DNA from: Acidocella sp.
Lineage (GTDB): Bacteria > Pseudomonadota > Alphaproteobacteria > Acetobacterales > Acetobacteraceae
Assembly: GCF_035535915.1 (NCBI RefSeq)
Contig: NZ_DATLPB010000012.1
Location: forward strand, 988 to 64,987
Length of the DNA: 64,000 nucleotides
Direction: 5' to 3'
Below, piece by piece: positions 20,710-29,136 of the stretch. Within the stretch, counting starts at the first letter, position 1; each line of letters begins with the position of its first letter. The notes below the pieces were generated by a model. It was not told the DNA's origin. It saw only the letters and a program-made list of their open reading frames with translations, and made no database searches. A program made the position numbers and the translations under genes.

Positions 20710-21843
20710 CTATGCCTCTTTCCGAACCGGCCCGGCCGGCGTGCCGGCGAGGAACGCTTCGATCTGTGGCCGGTAGGCATCCGGCATTTTGTGCGCGTAG
20801 ATCTCGACCTGGTCGACGCTCTGCCAGCCGCCTTCGTTGCGCAGCAGCAGCAGGTCCTTGTGCAGGCAATAATGCCAGGTGGCCCAGGTGTGGCGCATGT
20901 CGTGCGGGGTGAATTCAGAGGTCCAGCGGCGCTTCGGTTTTCCTGTGACGCGGTGCTTGTACTCAACCCACTGGCCGGGCAGGCCGGCATGGCGGCAGGC
21001 GATCGCCCAGCCGGTCTTGATCTGCCCGCCGGCCTGGCGGTCATTGTTGTGATAGGCAGCGGCCTTGATCACTACCCTGCCAGCCTTGTTGCGGACTTCT
21101 CGGGTCAAAAACACATTGCCGCAGCGGTGCGGAATCGCGCTCAAGCTGGCGATCGCCGCCGGCGGCAGGTCGTAATGGCGTTCACGGCCGTTCTTGGTAT
21201 CGCGGAACACAACGCGGCCAGCGAATAGATCAACGTCCTCCCACTGCAGCTCGAGCGCCTCGGAAAGGCGTGCCCCGGTGAATAGGCAGAAGGCCAGCAG
21301 CGGGCGCAGATGCGGCGCCGCATGCTGGATCAGCGACGTCGCCTGGTCGGGGCGTAGGAAGGCCACACGAGAAGGCGGCTGGACGGGGATGTCGAATTTC
21401 GGGACGTCGCACCATTTGCGCTTGGCGGCATGGTTGAGCACGGCGCGCAGCGGGGCGAGCACGGTGCGCAATTTGTTGGCGTTGGACGCGTTCGCCGGCA
21501 GCAGTACCTGGTAGGCACGGTCGAGCGCTTCCTGGTCGATCTTGTCGAGTGTCGTGGTCTTGAAATGCAGCAGCAATGCCTTGAGGCGCTTCTGATCGGG
21601 TTCGGACGGCTGATGCGCCTGAATGAAGGCGGTTACGGCGCGTGGGAAGGGGACCGCAGCCTTGGTGCCAAAGACACTACTTTGCCAGAGCTCGGCCTCG
21701 CGGAGCGCGCAATAGGCTTTGGCTTGCTCGGGGTCAGCAGTGCCAGTGCTTTCGTAAACTCGCTGTCCGCGGACGGTGCCGCGGGCATAGAAGACGGACG
21801 TGCCAGGGCGCTTGACGGCTTTGATGCCTGTTGATCCGGGCAT
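20710..21843 (-). CDS. int: Tyrosine recombinase (phage integrase)
   Basis: FTGARLSEAL (R), DTKNG (K), HDMRHTWAT (HxxR), GGWQS...VEIYAH (Y); GGAGAG RBS. Confidence 0.95.
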   Translation of the reverse strand: MPGSTGIKAVKRPGTSVFYARGTVRGQRVYESTGTADPEQAKAYCALREAELWQSSVFGTKAAVPFPRAVTAFIQAHQPSEPDQKRLKALLLHFKTTTLDKIDQEALDRAYQVLLPANASNANKLRTVLAPLRAVLNHAAKRKWCDVPKFDIPVQPPSRVAFLRPDQATSLIQHAAPHLRPLLAFCLFTGARLSEALELQWEDVDLFAGRVVFRDTKNGRERHYDLPPAAIASLSAIPHRCGNVFLTREVRNKAGRVVIKAAAYHNNDRQAGGQIKTGWAIACRHAGLPGQWVEYKHRVTGKPKRRWTSEFTPHDMRHTWATWHYCLHKDLLLLRNEGGWQSVDQVEIYAHKMPDAYRPQIEAFLAGTPAGPVRKEA

Positions 21844-22028
21844 GCGAGACTCTCCACGATCCGGGCGATATCAGCCTCGGTGAACAGATATTTGGCGCCA
21901 ATCCTGCGGTATGTCGGACCGCCGGCGAAACGTGGCACAGCCTTGATGTGGGCGACAAGCTTTGTCTTGCCGATCTTGCCTTTCAGCCGCTCGCACACCT
22001 GGGCAAGGGTGAGCAGTTCGTCGGTCAT
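21633..22028 (-). CDS. Excisionase-like HTH protein with C-terminal tail overlapping int
   Basis: MTDELLTLAQVCERL...RRIGAKYLFTEADIARIVESL resembles the MerR/Xis-type winged HTH; directly upstream of int. Confidence 0.7.
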   Translation of the reverse strand: MTDELLTLAQVCERLKGKIGKTKLVAHIKAVPRFAGGPTYRRIGAKYLFTEADIARIVESLACPDQQASKPSSALARPSSMPAAPSADSEFTKALALLTPSKPKPIARSARPSSGKVVSLAPRLRSPSHAP

Positions 22029-22201
22029 GAGCTGAGCGCCGTGAGGACCATGGAGACCGCAACTGCGACCAGGGTGGCGATGGCCAGGGCGCCCAGAATC
22101 ATCTCGCTGGTTCCCCCGAACATCGGGCTGTCAGAAGGCGTGTGAGGTTCCTTGTCGATCATGCCAAAGCCTTCTGCGCTTCCGTAATCAAAGTTCAACA
22201 T
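22025..22201 (-). CDS. Small membrane protein (alternative start 22162)
   Basis: Manual translation with hydrophobic MILGALAIATLVAVAVSMVLTALSS; ATGA overlap with xis. Confidence 0.55.
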   Translation of the reverse strand: MLNFDYGSAEGFGMIDKEPHTPSDSPMFGGTSEMILGALAIATLVAVAVSMVLTALSS

Positions 22202-22213
22202 TGGCTGGCATCA

Positions 22214-23059
22214 TCAAGAGACTTTCCTAAGAAGGCTTCGCGCTCTGTGTGGCGGCGGATAATTGCTGATGGCGACCTCGGTCTGGAGACTATTGGTCAG
22301 GCTGCGCACACTATAATTGGCGTGGTGCCAGTCGCGCAGGATGTCGGAATAGACAGTACCTCGTGCCATTGTGATCAGGACGCGACACCGCACATCTCTG
22401 AGGGCCCTGGCGAGTTCCTGATGCTCCTCATCGGTCATATTGACCGCATACATAGTCTCGTGGCCGTTCAGCGTATGACGCGGATAGGGGGGGTCGAGGA
22501 ACAGCAGAGCCTCGGCTTGATCGGCGAAGGCGGCGACCAGATTGATGATGTGTCGCCGATGGATATGGCAGCGGCGAAGCCGTTGCGCGACGGACACCAA
22601 CCGATCTGGAATGCCGATCCAAGTGGTGCTGAGCGACGAGCGTCCTTTATCAAGTCGCCAGCTGGCACGCCGATGTTGCTTGCCGCCGAAGCTCATCCAG
22701 GACGCGACCAGAAATTGCCATGCACGAAGAGTGGGATCTGGCGCCTGATCGGCGTCGCTGGACCAGACGAGGTCTCTGCATGTGATGAACTCTTCCTGCG
22801 CGTATGGGGTCATCTCGACCATGCGACATAATTTTGCCAATTCATCATCATCGCGCAAAACACGGAAGAGATTGACCACGTCGCCGTTCGCATCGTTTAG
22901 ATGTTCGGCTGGATGCGGAGGCTTTGCCAGTGTCATGGCCGCTGTTCCAGCAAAACCCTCCACCCACACGGCCGCGTCCATGGGAAGAAAAGGCAGAAGT
23001 TCTTCAGCAACGCGTGCCTTACTGCCGAATTGCCTATGAGCTGTCGACACGCCCATCAC
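22214..23059 (-). CDS. Second DNA adenine methyltransferase (Dam/D12 class)
   Basis: FGSK, VEGFAGTAA, LNDANGDVVNLFRVLRD and FLDPPY motifs. Confidence 0.9.
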   Translation of the reverse strand: MMGVSTAHRQFGSKARVAEELLPFLPMDAAVWVEGFAGTAAMTLAKPPHPAEHLNDANGDVVNLFRVLRDDDELAKLCRMVEMTPYAQEEFITCRDLVWSSDADQAPDPTLRAWQFLVASWMSFGGKQHRRASWRLDKGRSSLSTTWIGIPDRLVSVAQRLRRCHIHRRHIINLVAAFADQAEALLFLDPPYPRHTLNGHETMYAVNMTDEEHQELARALRDVRCRVLITMARGTVYSDILRDWHHANYSVRSLTNSLQTEVAISNYPPPHRARSLLRKVS

Positions 23060-24474
23060 GACACCTCGAAGCAGCCATTGCCGCCCTGCTCTTCATGCGT
23101 GAGCATGGCTGCGCGCGGCGAGTTGGGGTTTGTGCACACATGGAACTCGGCCGGCGCCGAGTAGTTGAGGAGCTGACGGAATTTGCAGCCGTCGAAGCAA
23201 AATTTCTGCCCTTCCTGGCGCTCTTCGTTAGGGGGATAGTCGGTCGGCAGTTTGGGGGTCAGCGCGTGGAAACGTGCAATCTCGGCGTTGGCCCTCTCCG
23301 CGCGTTCAAGCTGCGCTGCTTTCTGCTTGGCCTTATAGTCGGAAGTGTCGAATCTTTTTGGATCTTCCTTGGGCTTCGTCAGAAGCCCCTCATGGATCGT
23401 GACGTCATAAGACGACTTGTTGATGACGATGAACGCGCCAGCGCCATTCGCTTTGGTCTGGCCCGTCAGATACTCCCATGAGTTGAAGCGCTCGCCAGGC
23501 TCCAACACCGTCACGAAAGCCCACTTTTTTTTCAAGGCTTTGGCTTTGGCCTGTACTGCTTCCATCTGCAGCGCGATCGCCGCCTTGCGGTCGGCAAAGT
23601 ATCTGCTGCCCTCAATCTCGACCAGCTCGAGGGCAGACGCCTCGACATCGAACAGCGCGTCTTCTACGTCGATCAGCGTGCCGCGCAGTTCGTACGTGAT
23701 ATCCTCGACAGAGATCTTTCCCGACTCATCATAATCGTCCGTCGCGCGGTCGAGGATATCGACCTGGATGTCAGCAGGCGCGGTGGTCAGCAGCCGCGCC
23801 GCCTCAATGGTTATCTTGCCAGAGGTCAGAGCCTCGCGTGCGGCCGGCGCGAGCTTGTTAGCCAATGCCAGGCGCTGGTACACATAGCGCGGCGTGCGGC
23901 CGATCTTCATGGCGATCGCCTGGGCGGTCCAGGTTTTGGGGTCGATCCGCTGCAGCTGCACGAAGGCATCGGCTTCCTCGAGCGGCGCCACGTCCTGTCG
24001 CTGCAGGTTTTCCAGCAAAGCCAGTGCAAGGTGCGTGCCGTCATCTGCCTCGATCACGCGGCAGGGAAGGGGCTGGCCCCAACGGGCTTGGTCTATTAGC
24101 AGGCCGATTGCGCGATACCGGCGCTCGCCCGCCACAAGGATATAGCGGCCCTCTGGCCCAGCGCGAACCACGAGATTCTGCAACAGGCCGTTCACGGCGA
24201 TGCTCTCGGCCAGCTCCTCGAGTTCGGTCTGGTCGAACGTCTTGCGCGGGTTCAGGCTGGAACGGTCGATCAGATCATAATCGACCAGGCTTATGCCGGT
24301 GTCATTGGCAGCAGCGACGGCGGGGACATTCAGCATGACGAGCGCTTTCTTGATGCTGGTGCGGTTCAGGTTGAATTCCGCCGCCAGCATGTCTTGTGTG
24401 ATGGCTGGATCTGCGCGCTTGCGCGCGCAGATCGCCTGGATCACCTCTTCGGTCAGCTTGGGAACAGCAGCCAT
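23056..24474 (-). CDS. ParB/Spo0J-like protein with extra N-terminal HTH
   Basis: LNPRKTFD, GLLQNLVVR, LVAGERRYRA, ENLQRQDV and central HTH. Confidence 0.9.
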   Translation of the reverse strand: MAAVPKLTEEVIQAICARKRADPAITQDMLAAEFNLNRTSIKKALVMLNVPAVAAANDTGISLVDYDLIDRSSLNPRKTFDQTELEELAESIAVNGLLQNLVVRAGPEGRYILVAGERRYRAIGLLIDQARWGQPLPCRVIEADDGTHLALALLENLQRQDVAPLEEADAFVQLQRIDPKTWTAQAIAMKIGRTPRYVYQRLALANKLAPAAREALTSGKITIEAARLLTTAPADIQVDILDRATDDYDESGKISVEDITYELRGTLIDVEDALFDVEASALELVEIEGSRYFADRKAAIALQMEAVQAKAKALKKKWAFVTVLEPGERFNSWEYLTGQTKANGAGAFIVINKSSYDVTIHEGLLTKPKEDPKRFDTSDYKAKQKAAQLERAERANAEIARFHALTPKLPTDYPPNEERQEGQKFCFDGCKFRQLLNYSAPAEFHVCTNPNSPRAAMLTHEEQGGNGCFEVS

Positions 24475-24487
24475 GAGGGTGGTCCTT

Positions 24488-25360
24488 TCAGGCTTGATTG
24501 GCGTGGGGGAACGGCCAGCCGTCGATCACATTGACGGTGCCGGTCGGAAGGTCGGACGCAGGATCGCCGCCGCGGACGATGTCCGCCACCGCCTTATCCA
24601 GGATTTCCGTCATTACATCCTCGATGCGTAGCAGCTTGAAGCCGAGCTTCAGTTTGCCGTCGGTTAGGCGGTAGCGGAAACGCGCCGGGATTTTGAAACG
24701 GGGCGAGCCCTGGATCGGCGCGATCTGCAGCGTGAACTCCGTGGGAATCGCGATCTGGCCGGGGCCGACTTTGGCATCAACGCTCTCGATGTTCGTGAAC
24801 TGAACCTGTCCGCTCGACAGGTTCAGCGCCGACTTGAAATCGACGGCGCGCGTCGCCTGCAGATAGGTGACGATCTCAAGCATCTCGGCGCCCGGGGGAT
24901 TGTAAATATCCTGCAGATTTTCTTCGATGAATTCGGCGAAGGCGTCCTGCGGCAACATGGTGCCGTCGATCTTGTGCCACTTGGTCCATTCAGGGGTTTC
25001 GCGAAACTCAACATAGACCTTGAAGTCACGGTGGCCTGGCCCGGCATCGCCATTGTCGTTGAGGATCGCCACCATCCGTGGCTTCAGGATATTGGCGTCA
25101 AGATAGACGTTGGTGTTGCCGGCATCCTTGTTGTGGTAGATGAAGCTGTTCAGGGATTCGATGTTGAATACCGTGATGCTGCCGGCCTTGCGGCGCGGTG
25201 TCGCGGGCGGCCGGACGAGATCGAGATTTATGATCTCGGGTTTGCGGTTTTCCGTGCCGGGAATGAACAGCAGGTTGGCATCTGTCACCTCAACCTGGAT
25301 CGGTTTCAGGGCATCCTGGGCGACCTCAATAATCGCCTGTACGTCTTGCTTGTCGGTCAT
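24488..25360 (-). CDS. DUF2303 (YfdQ-like) phage protein
   Basis: W...DG..LPQDAFAEFIEENL, F.L.IAPIQG...ARFRYR pattern. Confidence 0.8.
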   Translation of the reverse strand: MTDKQDVQAIIEVAQDALKPIQVEVTDANLLFIPGTENRKPEIINLDLVRPPATPRRKAGSITVFNIESLNSFIYHNKDAGNTNVYLDANILKPRMVAILNDNGDAGPGHRDFKVYVEFRETPEWTKWHKIDGTMLPQDAFAEFIEENLQDIYNPPGAEMLEIVTYLQATRAVDFKSALNLSSGQVQFTNIESVDAKVGPGQIAIPTEFTLQIAPIQGSPRFKIPARFRYRLTDGKLKLGFKLLRIEDVMTEILDKAVADIVRGGDPASDLPTGTVNVIDGWPFPHANQA

Positions 25361-25403
25361 AAAAATCCTCGGCTGTTAATGTGGAAGAAGGGATGAATGC
25401 CGG

Positions 25404-25749
25404 TCAGGCGTTGCCGACGTCGCGCAGCTCGCGGCGTTGCGAGATTTCGCTGAGCGGAAGCTTGTGCTGCTTCGGGTCTTCGCGGATCAGGTTGTTCTCC
25501 GGGCTCGCGAAGAAGATGCTGCCGCCGATCTTCGGCTTGGGCAGCTTCGTTTTCAGCTCGTCCGTAACCATCAATGCGCCAGCGCCGGCGTTGGCGTTTT
25601 TAACAGTGATGGTGAGGGTTAGTGTTGATACCCCCCCCCTCAGTCATCACGGCAGCCACGCACTCCTGTAGGGCGTCGCTCAGTTCGTCATGCAGCACGC
25701 CATTGCGCTGCTCACGTAGAAAATCCAGAAACGGGCGGGAATTCGCCAT
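25404..25749 (-). pseudogene. YfdP-like partner of DUF2303, split by a +1 frameshift in a G9 tract
   Basis: MANSRPFLDFLREQRNGVLHDELSDAL...TEGG then, in another frame, VSTLTLTITVK...SIFFASPENNLIREDPKQ; span 346 nt = 3n+1; C9 at 25631-25639. Confidence 0.8.
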
Positions 25750-25818
25750 TCTTCGTCACATCCTTTGCTAATTTGGCCGTGCGTGGCCGGTGAAGAAAAA
25801 GCTCGCTGTGAACGCCGT

Positions 25819-26064
25819 TCACTGAGGCCGATCATCTGGCGATTGTTCCATTTCTGCCGCTGTGCGCAGGATCGAGCCTGGCGCGGACAGCGCGGCATAA
25901 AGCGTTCGTCCATCCGGGGTTTTCCACCAGCCATCGAGGCGCAGCGTTTGATGGGTGCGCGGGTCGCGGATAAGGGAACAGGGCGCGGCGGGGTGAAAGA
26001 TCAGTTCGCCGGCGATGGTTGGGGGAAAAGCTCGGATGGCCGGACGGGGCAGCACATGGTTCAT
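25819..26064 (-). CDS. Phage hypothetical protein
   Basis: 81 aa from ATG at 26064; ATGA coupling to the upstream gene. Confidence 0.5.
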   Translation of the reverse strand: MNHVLPRPAIRAFPPTIAGELIFHPAAPCSLIRDPRTHQTLRLDGWWKTPDGRTLYAALSAPGSILRTAAEMEQSPDDRPQ

Positions 26065-26216
26065 AGCCGCACCAGTATGATGGCGAGGATGATGACCGGC
26101 GCCCAGGTAACGAGCGCAATGGAAAGGATGACGAGCAGTCCCCATTTCGAGTGCTCGATGCGCTCTTCGGTCTCCCGCGCGACCGCTCGCTCCAGGCACA
26201 GCGACATCTCGTTCAT
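26061..26216 (-). CDS. Small membrane protein (51 aa, not in the ORF track)
   Basis: Manual translation MNEMSLCLERAVARETEERIEHSKWGLLVILSIALVTWAPVIILAIILVRL; 4-bp overlaps. Confidence 0.6.
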   Translation of the reverse strand: MNEMSLCLERAVARETEERIEHSKWGLLVILSIALVTWAPVIILAIILVRL

Positions 26217-26398
26217 TGGCCACCTGTCAGGAGCCAGAGAACGAGCAATGCAGCGGCGATATACTTGGCAGAAAAGGCAATGATCGCACCCCCGGCGACG
26301 GAGGCCGCGGCTTGATGCTTATGGCGCCGGATGGTCTGCCAGGGTGTCTCAGCTGTATGGGCTGACGGGAGAAAACTGGAACGCATGAACGCCTCCAT
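26213..26398 (-). CDS. Small membrane protein, first gene after PL
   Basis: 61 aa with C-terminal hydrophobic stretch. Confidence 0.55.
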   Translation of the reverse strand: MEAFMRSSFLPSAHTAETPWQTIRRHKHQAAASVAGGAIIAFSAKYIAAALLVLWLLTGGQ

Positions 26399-26416
26399 CG
26401 TGCGGAACGATGGTGA

Positions 26417-26480
26417 GCGTTAATCCATTATGGATTAGTTTGCAATCCATAATGGCGAAAAACTGAATCCAAAATGGATT
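26417..26480 (-). promoter_or_regulatory. PL/OL: three 15-bp operators and leftward promoter
   Basis: AATCCATTATGGATT (26422), AATCCATAATGGCGA (26444), AATCCAAAATGGATT (26466), 22-bp period; minus-strand TTGCAA-N17-TAACGC. Confidence 0.8.
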
Positions 26481-26636
26481 CCATCTAGGCAAAAAAACGC
26501 CTTGTCGATGCCTAAAGTTGGGTTACATCTAGGTAACACTCTCTGACATTGCGGAGGTCTAGGGCTAATGAAATGAGGATTCGGCACTATAGGAATGGGG
26601 AGCAAAACCCCGGATCGCTACACTACAAGCCGTGCG

Positions 26637-26993
26637 TTAAAGCCGATTGTTGTCCGTGTTCACAGCCGTGTATTGCAGCTCTTCGCTCAATTCCGGGTGC
26701 TGAACCAATAGGGCCGCCGCCAAAGCCCGGTGGCATCCCGAAACGTCGGCTCTGAAAATATAATCCATCGTCACATGAAACCGGCGGCAGAAAGCCACAA
26801 GAATATAGGGGTCGGGCGACCTGTCGCCGGCTTCCCATTTTTGCCACGCCGCCTGATTTAGGCCGAACAACTTCGCCGTCTCAGTTTGGCCTAGATTGGC
26901 GTATTCGCGCACCCAGCGGATGCGGTTTCCGACGCCTTCCATATATGCGCGAGGGGTCTTTCGGGCGGTTTTCGGCATGGGGTTCTGTAACAT
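26637..26993 (-). CDS. CI-like XRE HTH repressor (short, no peptidase domain; alternative start 26978)
   Basis: VGNRIRWVREYANLGQTETAKLFGLNQAAWQKWEAGDRSPD; divergent from cro; flanked by operators. Confidence 0.85.
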   Translation of the reverse strand: MLQNPMPKTARKTPRAYMEGVGNRIRWVREYANLGQTETAKLFGLNQAAWQKWEAGDRSPDPYILVAFCRRFHVTMDYIFRADVSGCHRALAAALLVQHPELSEELQYTAVNTDNNRL

Positions 26994-27013
26994 TACGGCC
27001 TCTGCAACGTCGA

Positions 27014-27055
27014 ACTCCAAAATGGATTGCGAAATAATCCAATCTGGATTATTTG
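27014..27055 (+). promoter_or_regulatory. PR/OR: two 15-bp operators and rightward promoter
   Basis: ACTCCAAAATGGATT (27014), AATCCAATCTGGATT (27036); TTGCGA-N17-TATTTG ending 7 nt before the cro ATG. Confidence 0.75.
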
Positions 27056-27062
27056 GCGTGTC

Positions 27063-27314
27063 ATGGGCCATGCTGAAATCATCAAACGACTCGGTACAGA
27101 AAACGTGAGAAAATGGACGGGCGCCACGGCCGCCAACATCTCGCACTGGCGCGCGCGGGGTATTCCTTCGCGGTTTTGGGCCATAATTGTCGAAAAATCG
27201 GCGATGCTCGGCGTCGATCTGGCGGTATCCGCGTCCGATCTTCAGGACGGTTACGCTGGTAAGCGCAAACTTCCCGGAGCCGAGTCGGATGCGATTCGCC
27301 GACGCGCAGCATGA
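27063..27314 (+). CDS. Cro-like HTH regulator
   Basis: IIKRLG...ANISHWRARGIPSRFWAII; divergent from cI. Confidence 0.75.
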   Translation: MGHAEIIKRLGTENVRKWTGATAANISHWRARGIPSRFWAIIVEKSAMLGVDLAVSASDLQDGYAGKRKLPGAESDAIRRRAA

Positions 27315-27420
27315 GCAACCTTTCGATGGAATCAACCGTTCGCATGGAGATGCTTGTCCTCCTTTGCGCCGCAACAGTCACCCGGATTTAGTCCGGAGGT
27401 CAAACGATTTGGAGGATTAT

Positions 27421-27882
27421 ATGACGGAGCGACAGTTCGCACCTGCCGACTACAATGCCATGAAAACGGCGATGAAGCTGGTGATCGCCGATCTCGGCGG
27501 GATCGATGCGGCGGCGAGCTGCACGCGTGTCGGGCGTAGTCAAATCGCTGATTACGGTGTGTCCGGAAAAGACACATTCGCTCCGGCTGACGTGGTCATG
27601 GACCTCGAGCGAGTGGGCGGCACGCCGCATGTCACTGCGGCACTGGCGCGCGCTCAAGGCTATATGCTTGTCCCGATAGACATGCCGCGTGAGCGCGGGG
27701 TGCTGGCATCGCTGATGGCCGAGATCGGCCGGGATGTCGGCGAGTTGTTCGCCACAGCCGCCACAGCGCTGGCCCATGACAAGCTGACCGATCAGGAACG
27801 GCAGGATCTGCTGCGTGAGCTGGACACTTTGCGCCGCGTCAGCAGCGAGGCGTTCGCATTTCTGATGTGTGTTCCGGCGTAG
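27421..27882 (+). CDS. CII-like phage regulatory protein
   Basis: GGAGG RBS; GGIDAAA...VGRSQIADY...VVMDLERVGG; position after cro. Confidence 0.7.
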   Translation: MTERQFAPADYNAMKTAMKLVIADLGGIDAAASCTRVGRSQIADYGVSGKDTFAPADVVMDLERVGGTPHVTAALARAQGYMLVPIDMPRERGVLASLMAEIGRDVGELFATAATALAHDKLTDQERQDLLRELDTLRRVSSEAFAFLMCVPA

Positions 27883-27908
27883 CGTTAATGGACTGCAGCA
27901 CTGAGATC

Positions 27909-28403
27909 ATGACGAACACTGGCACCAGGCGCCGCGGCGCCATGACTGAGGATCGCCTGAGTCTCATGGTGTTGTTGCGTGCCCGTAAAACGCCGCCGGT
28001 GTGGCTTGAGATTTTGCGCCGGCTGAATGCTCTGCCGGGCGAGAGACTGAACAGTGTAAAGCATTTGATGAACACTTATGGGCGTCTGAAACGAACCGGT
28101 CAGATCGCCCACTACCATTCGCAAGCGCTCGCGTCTGCGAATACCGCGCCTGCGGCTGCCGGATCATCTCCGGCGGCGGGTGCGCTGACTAAGGACGTTT
28201 CCTCCCTGAACTCGCCTCCGGTTCCTAAAGAGCCGGAGGCACTTTTTCTGGATGGTATGATCCTTGTCAGCTATGAACATGCCCGCAAATGGGCGTGGCG
28301 GCAGGGACTTTGCCGAAAAGGCCATGGCCTCAACCTTATCGCTGTGAATGCGGCGCGGGTGAAGATGGGGCTAATAAAATTCTCCATCATTGGTGCGCTA
28401 TGA
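27909..28403 (+). CDS. Hypothetical protein (N-terminus weakly GcrA/Myb-like)
   Basis: MTEDRLSLMVLLR...; ATGA overlap with gcrA; start uncertain (27888-27942). Confidence 0.55.
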   Translation: MTNTGTRRRGAMTEDRLSLMVLLRARKTPPVWLEILRRLNALPGERLNSVKHLMNTYGRLKRTGQIAHYHSQALASANTAPAAAGSSPAAGALTKDVSSLNSPPVPKEPEALFLDGMILVSYEHARKWAWRQGLCRKGHGLNLIAVNAARVKMGLIKFSIIGAL

Positions 28404-28864
28404 ACGATGACAGTTGGCCAGATCATCTGGTGCTGAAGCTGCGCGCGTTGTGGGCAGAGGGACTTTCTTCGTCCGAAATCGGAAGCCGGCTCAATAAGTC
28501 GAAGAATTCAGTGGTGGGTAAGGCGCACCGCCTCCATTTGCCGTCCCGACCCAGTCCGATCCGGCGTTCTGGTGAAGCGCGAGCAGTAAAGCCTGTAAAA
28601 CTGGTCACACCGGGTCAATCTGCGAAGAATTGTGCCGCTGCGGTGCCGCCGTCCCTGATTGTGCCGGCCGTGCCCGTCGTTGCGCTTGCGCCGGGCCTAG
28701 TGCTGAGCGGACGCGCGGTGTCGTGCCAGTTTCCAATCGGCACACCGCGACAGCCCGATTTTCGGTTCTGCGAAGCCCCGAGCGAAGCCGGCAAGCCTTA
28801 CTGCCAAGACCATTGCGCCATCGCCTATGTGCGAGCACCTGAGTCAGAAAGGGACGCGGCATAA
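28400..28864 (+). CDS. gcrA: GcrA family cell-cycle regulator homolog
   Basis: W....LRALWAEGLSSSEIG...SKNSVVGKAHRL and CQFPIGTP...FRFC...KPYCQDHCAIAY. Confidence 0.9.
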   Translation: MNDDSWPDHLVLKLRALWAEGLSSSEIGSRLNKSKNSVVGKAHRLHLPSRPSPIRRSGEARAVKPVKLVTPGQSAKNCAAAVPPSLIVPAVPVVALAPGLVLSGRAVSCQFPIGTPRQPDFRFCEAPSEAGKPYCQDHCAIAYVRAPESERDAA

Positions 28865-29136
28865 TGAACGATAAACTCCAAGAGGATGTCGCTAAACTCT
28901 CTGCCGCCGCGCAGAGGATTGTCGCGGGTGTCAGGGCTGCTTCGCCTGGGGTTGCGGATATTTACCTCTACCAGGCTTTAGCCGTCGCCGCCGGAATCAT
29001 CCTGGCTGACGCGCTGTATCCGGAAATGCCGACGGTCGCGGGGTCAAATGCTGCGGTGTTTCTCGTGGCTGGCGTGCAGTTCGGCAGGGAACGCCGCACC
29101 GAAGCAGAAAAAGCAAGTTGCCACGGTGTTGCATGA
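28864..29136 (+). CDS. Phage hypothetical protein
   Basis: 90 aa; overlaps neighbours. Confidence 0.6.
   Translation: MNDKLQEDVAKLSAAAQRIVAGVRAASPGVADIYLYQALAVAAGIILADALYPEMPTVAGSNAAVFLVAGVQFGRERRTEAEKASCHGVA

Noticed and set aside
26484-26563. Three TCTAGG hexamers, a GTTAC-N6-GTAAC palindrome and the + strand ORF 26549-26755 between OL and cI
   Set aside because: Motifs are too short to separate from chance; the ORF overlaps cI antisense and has no recognisable features
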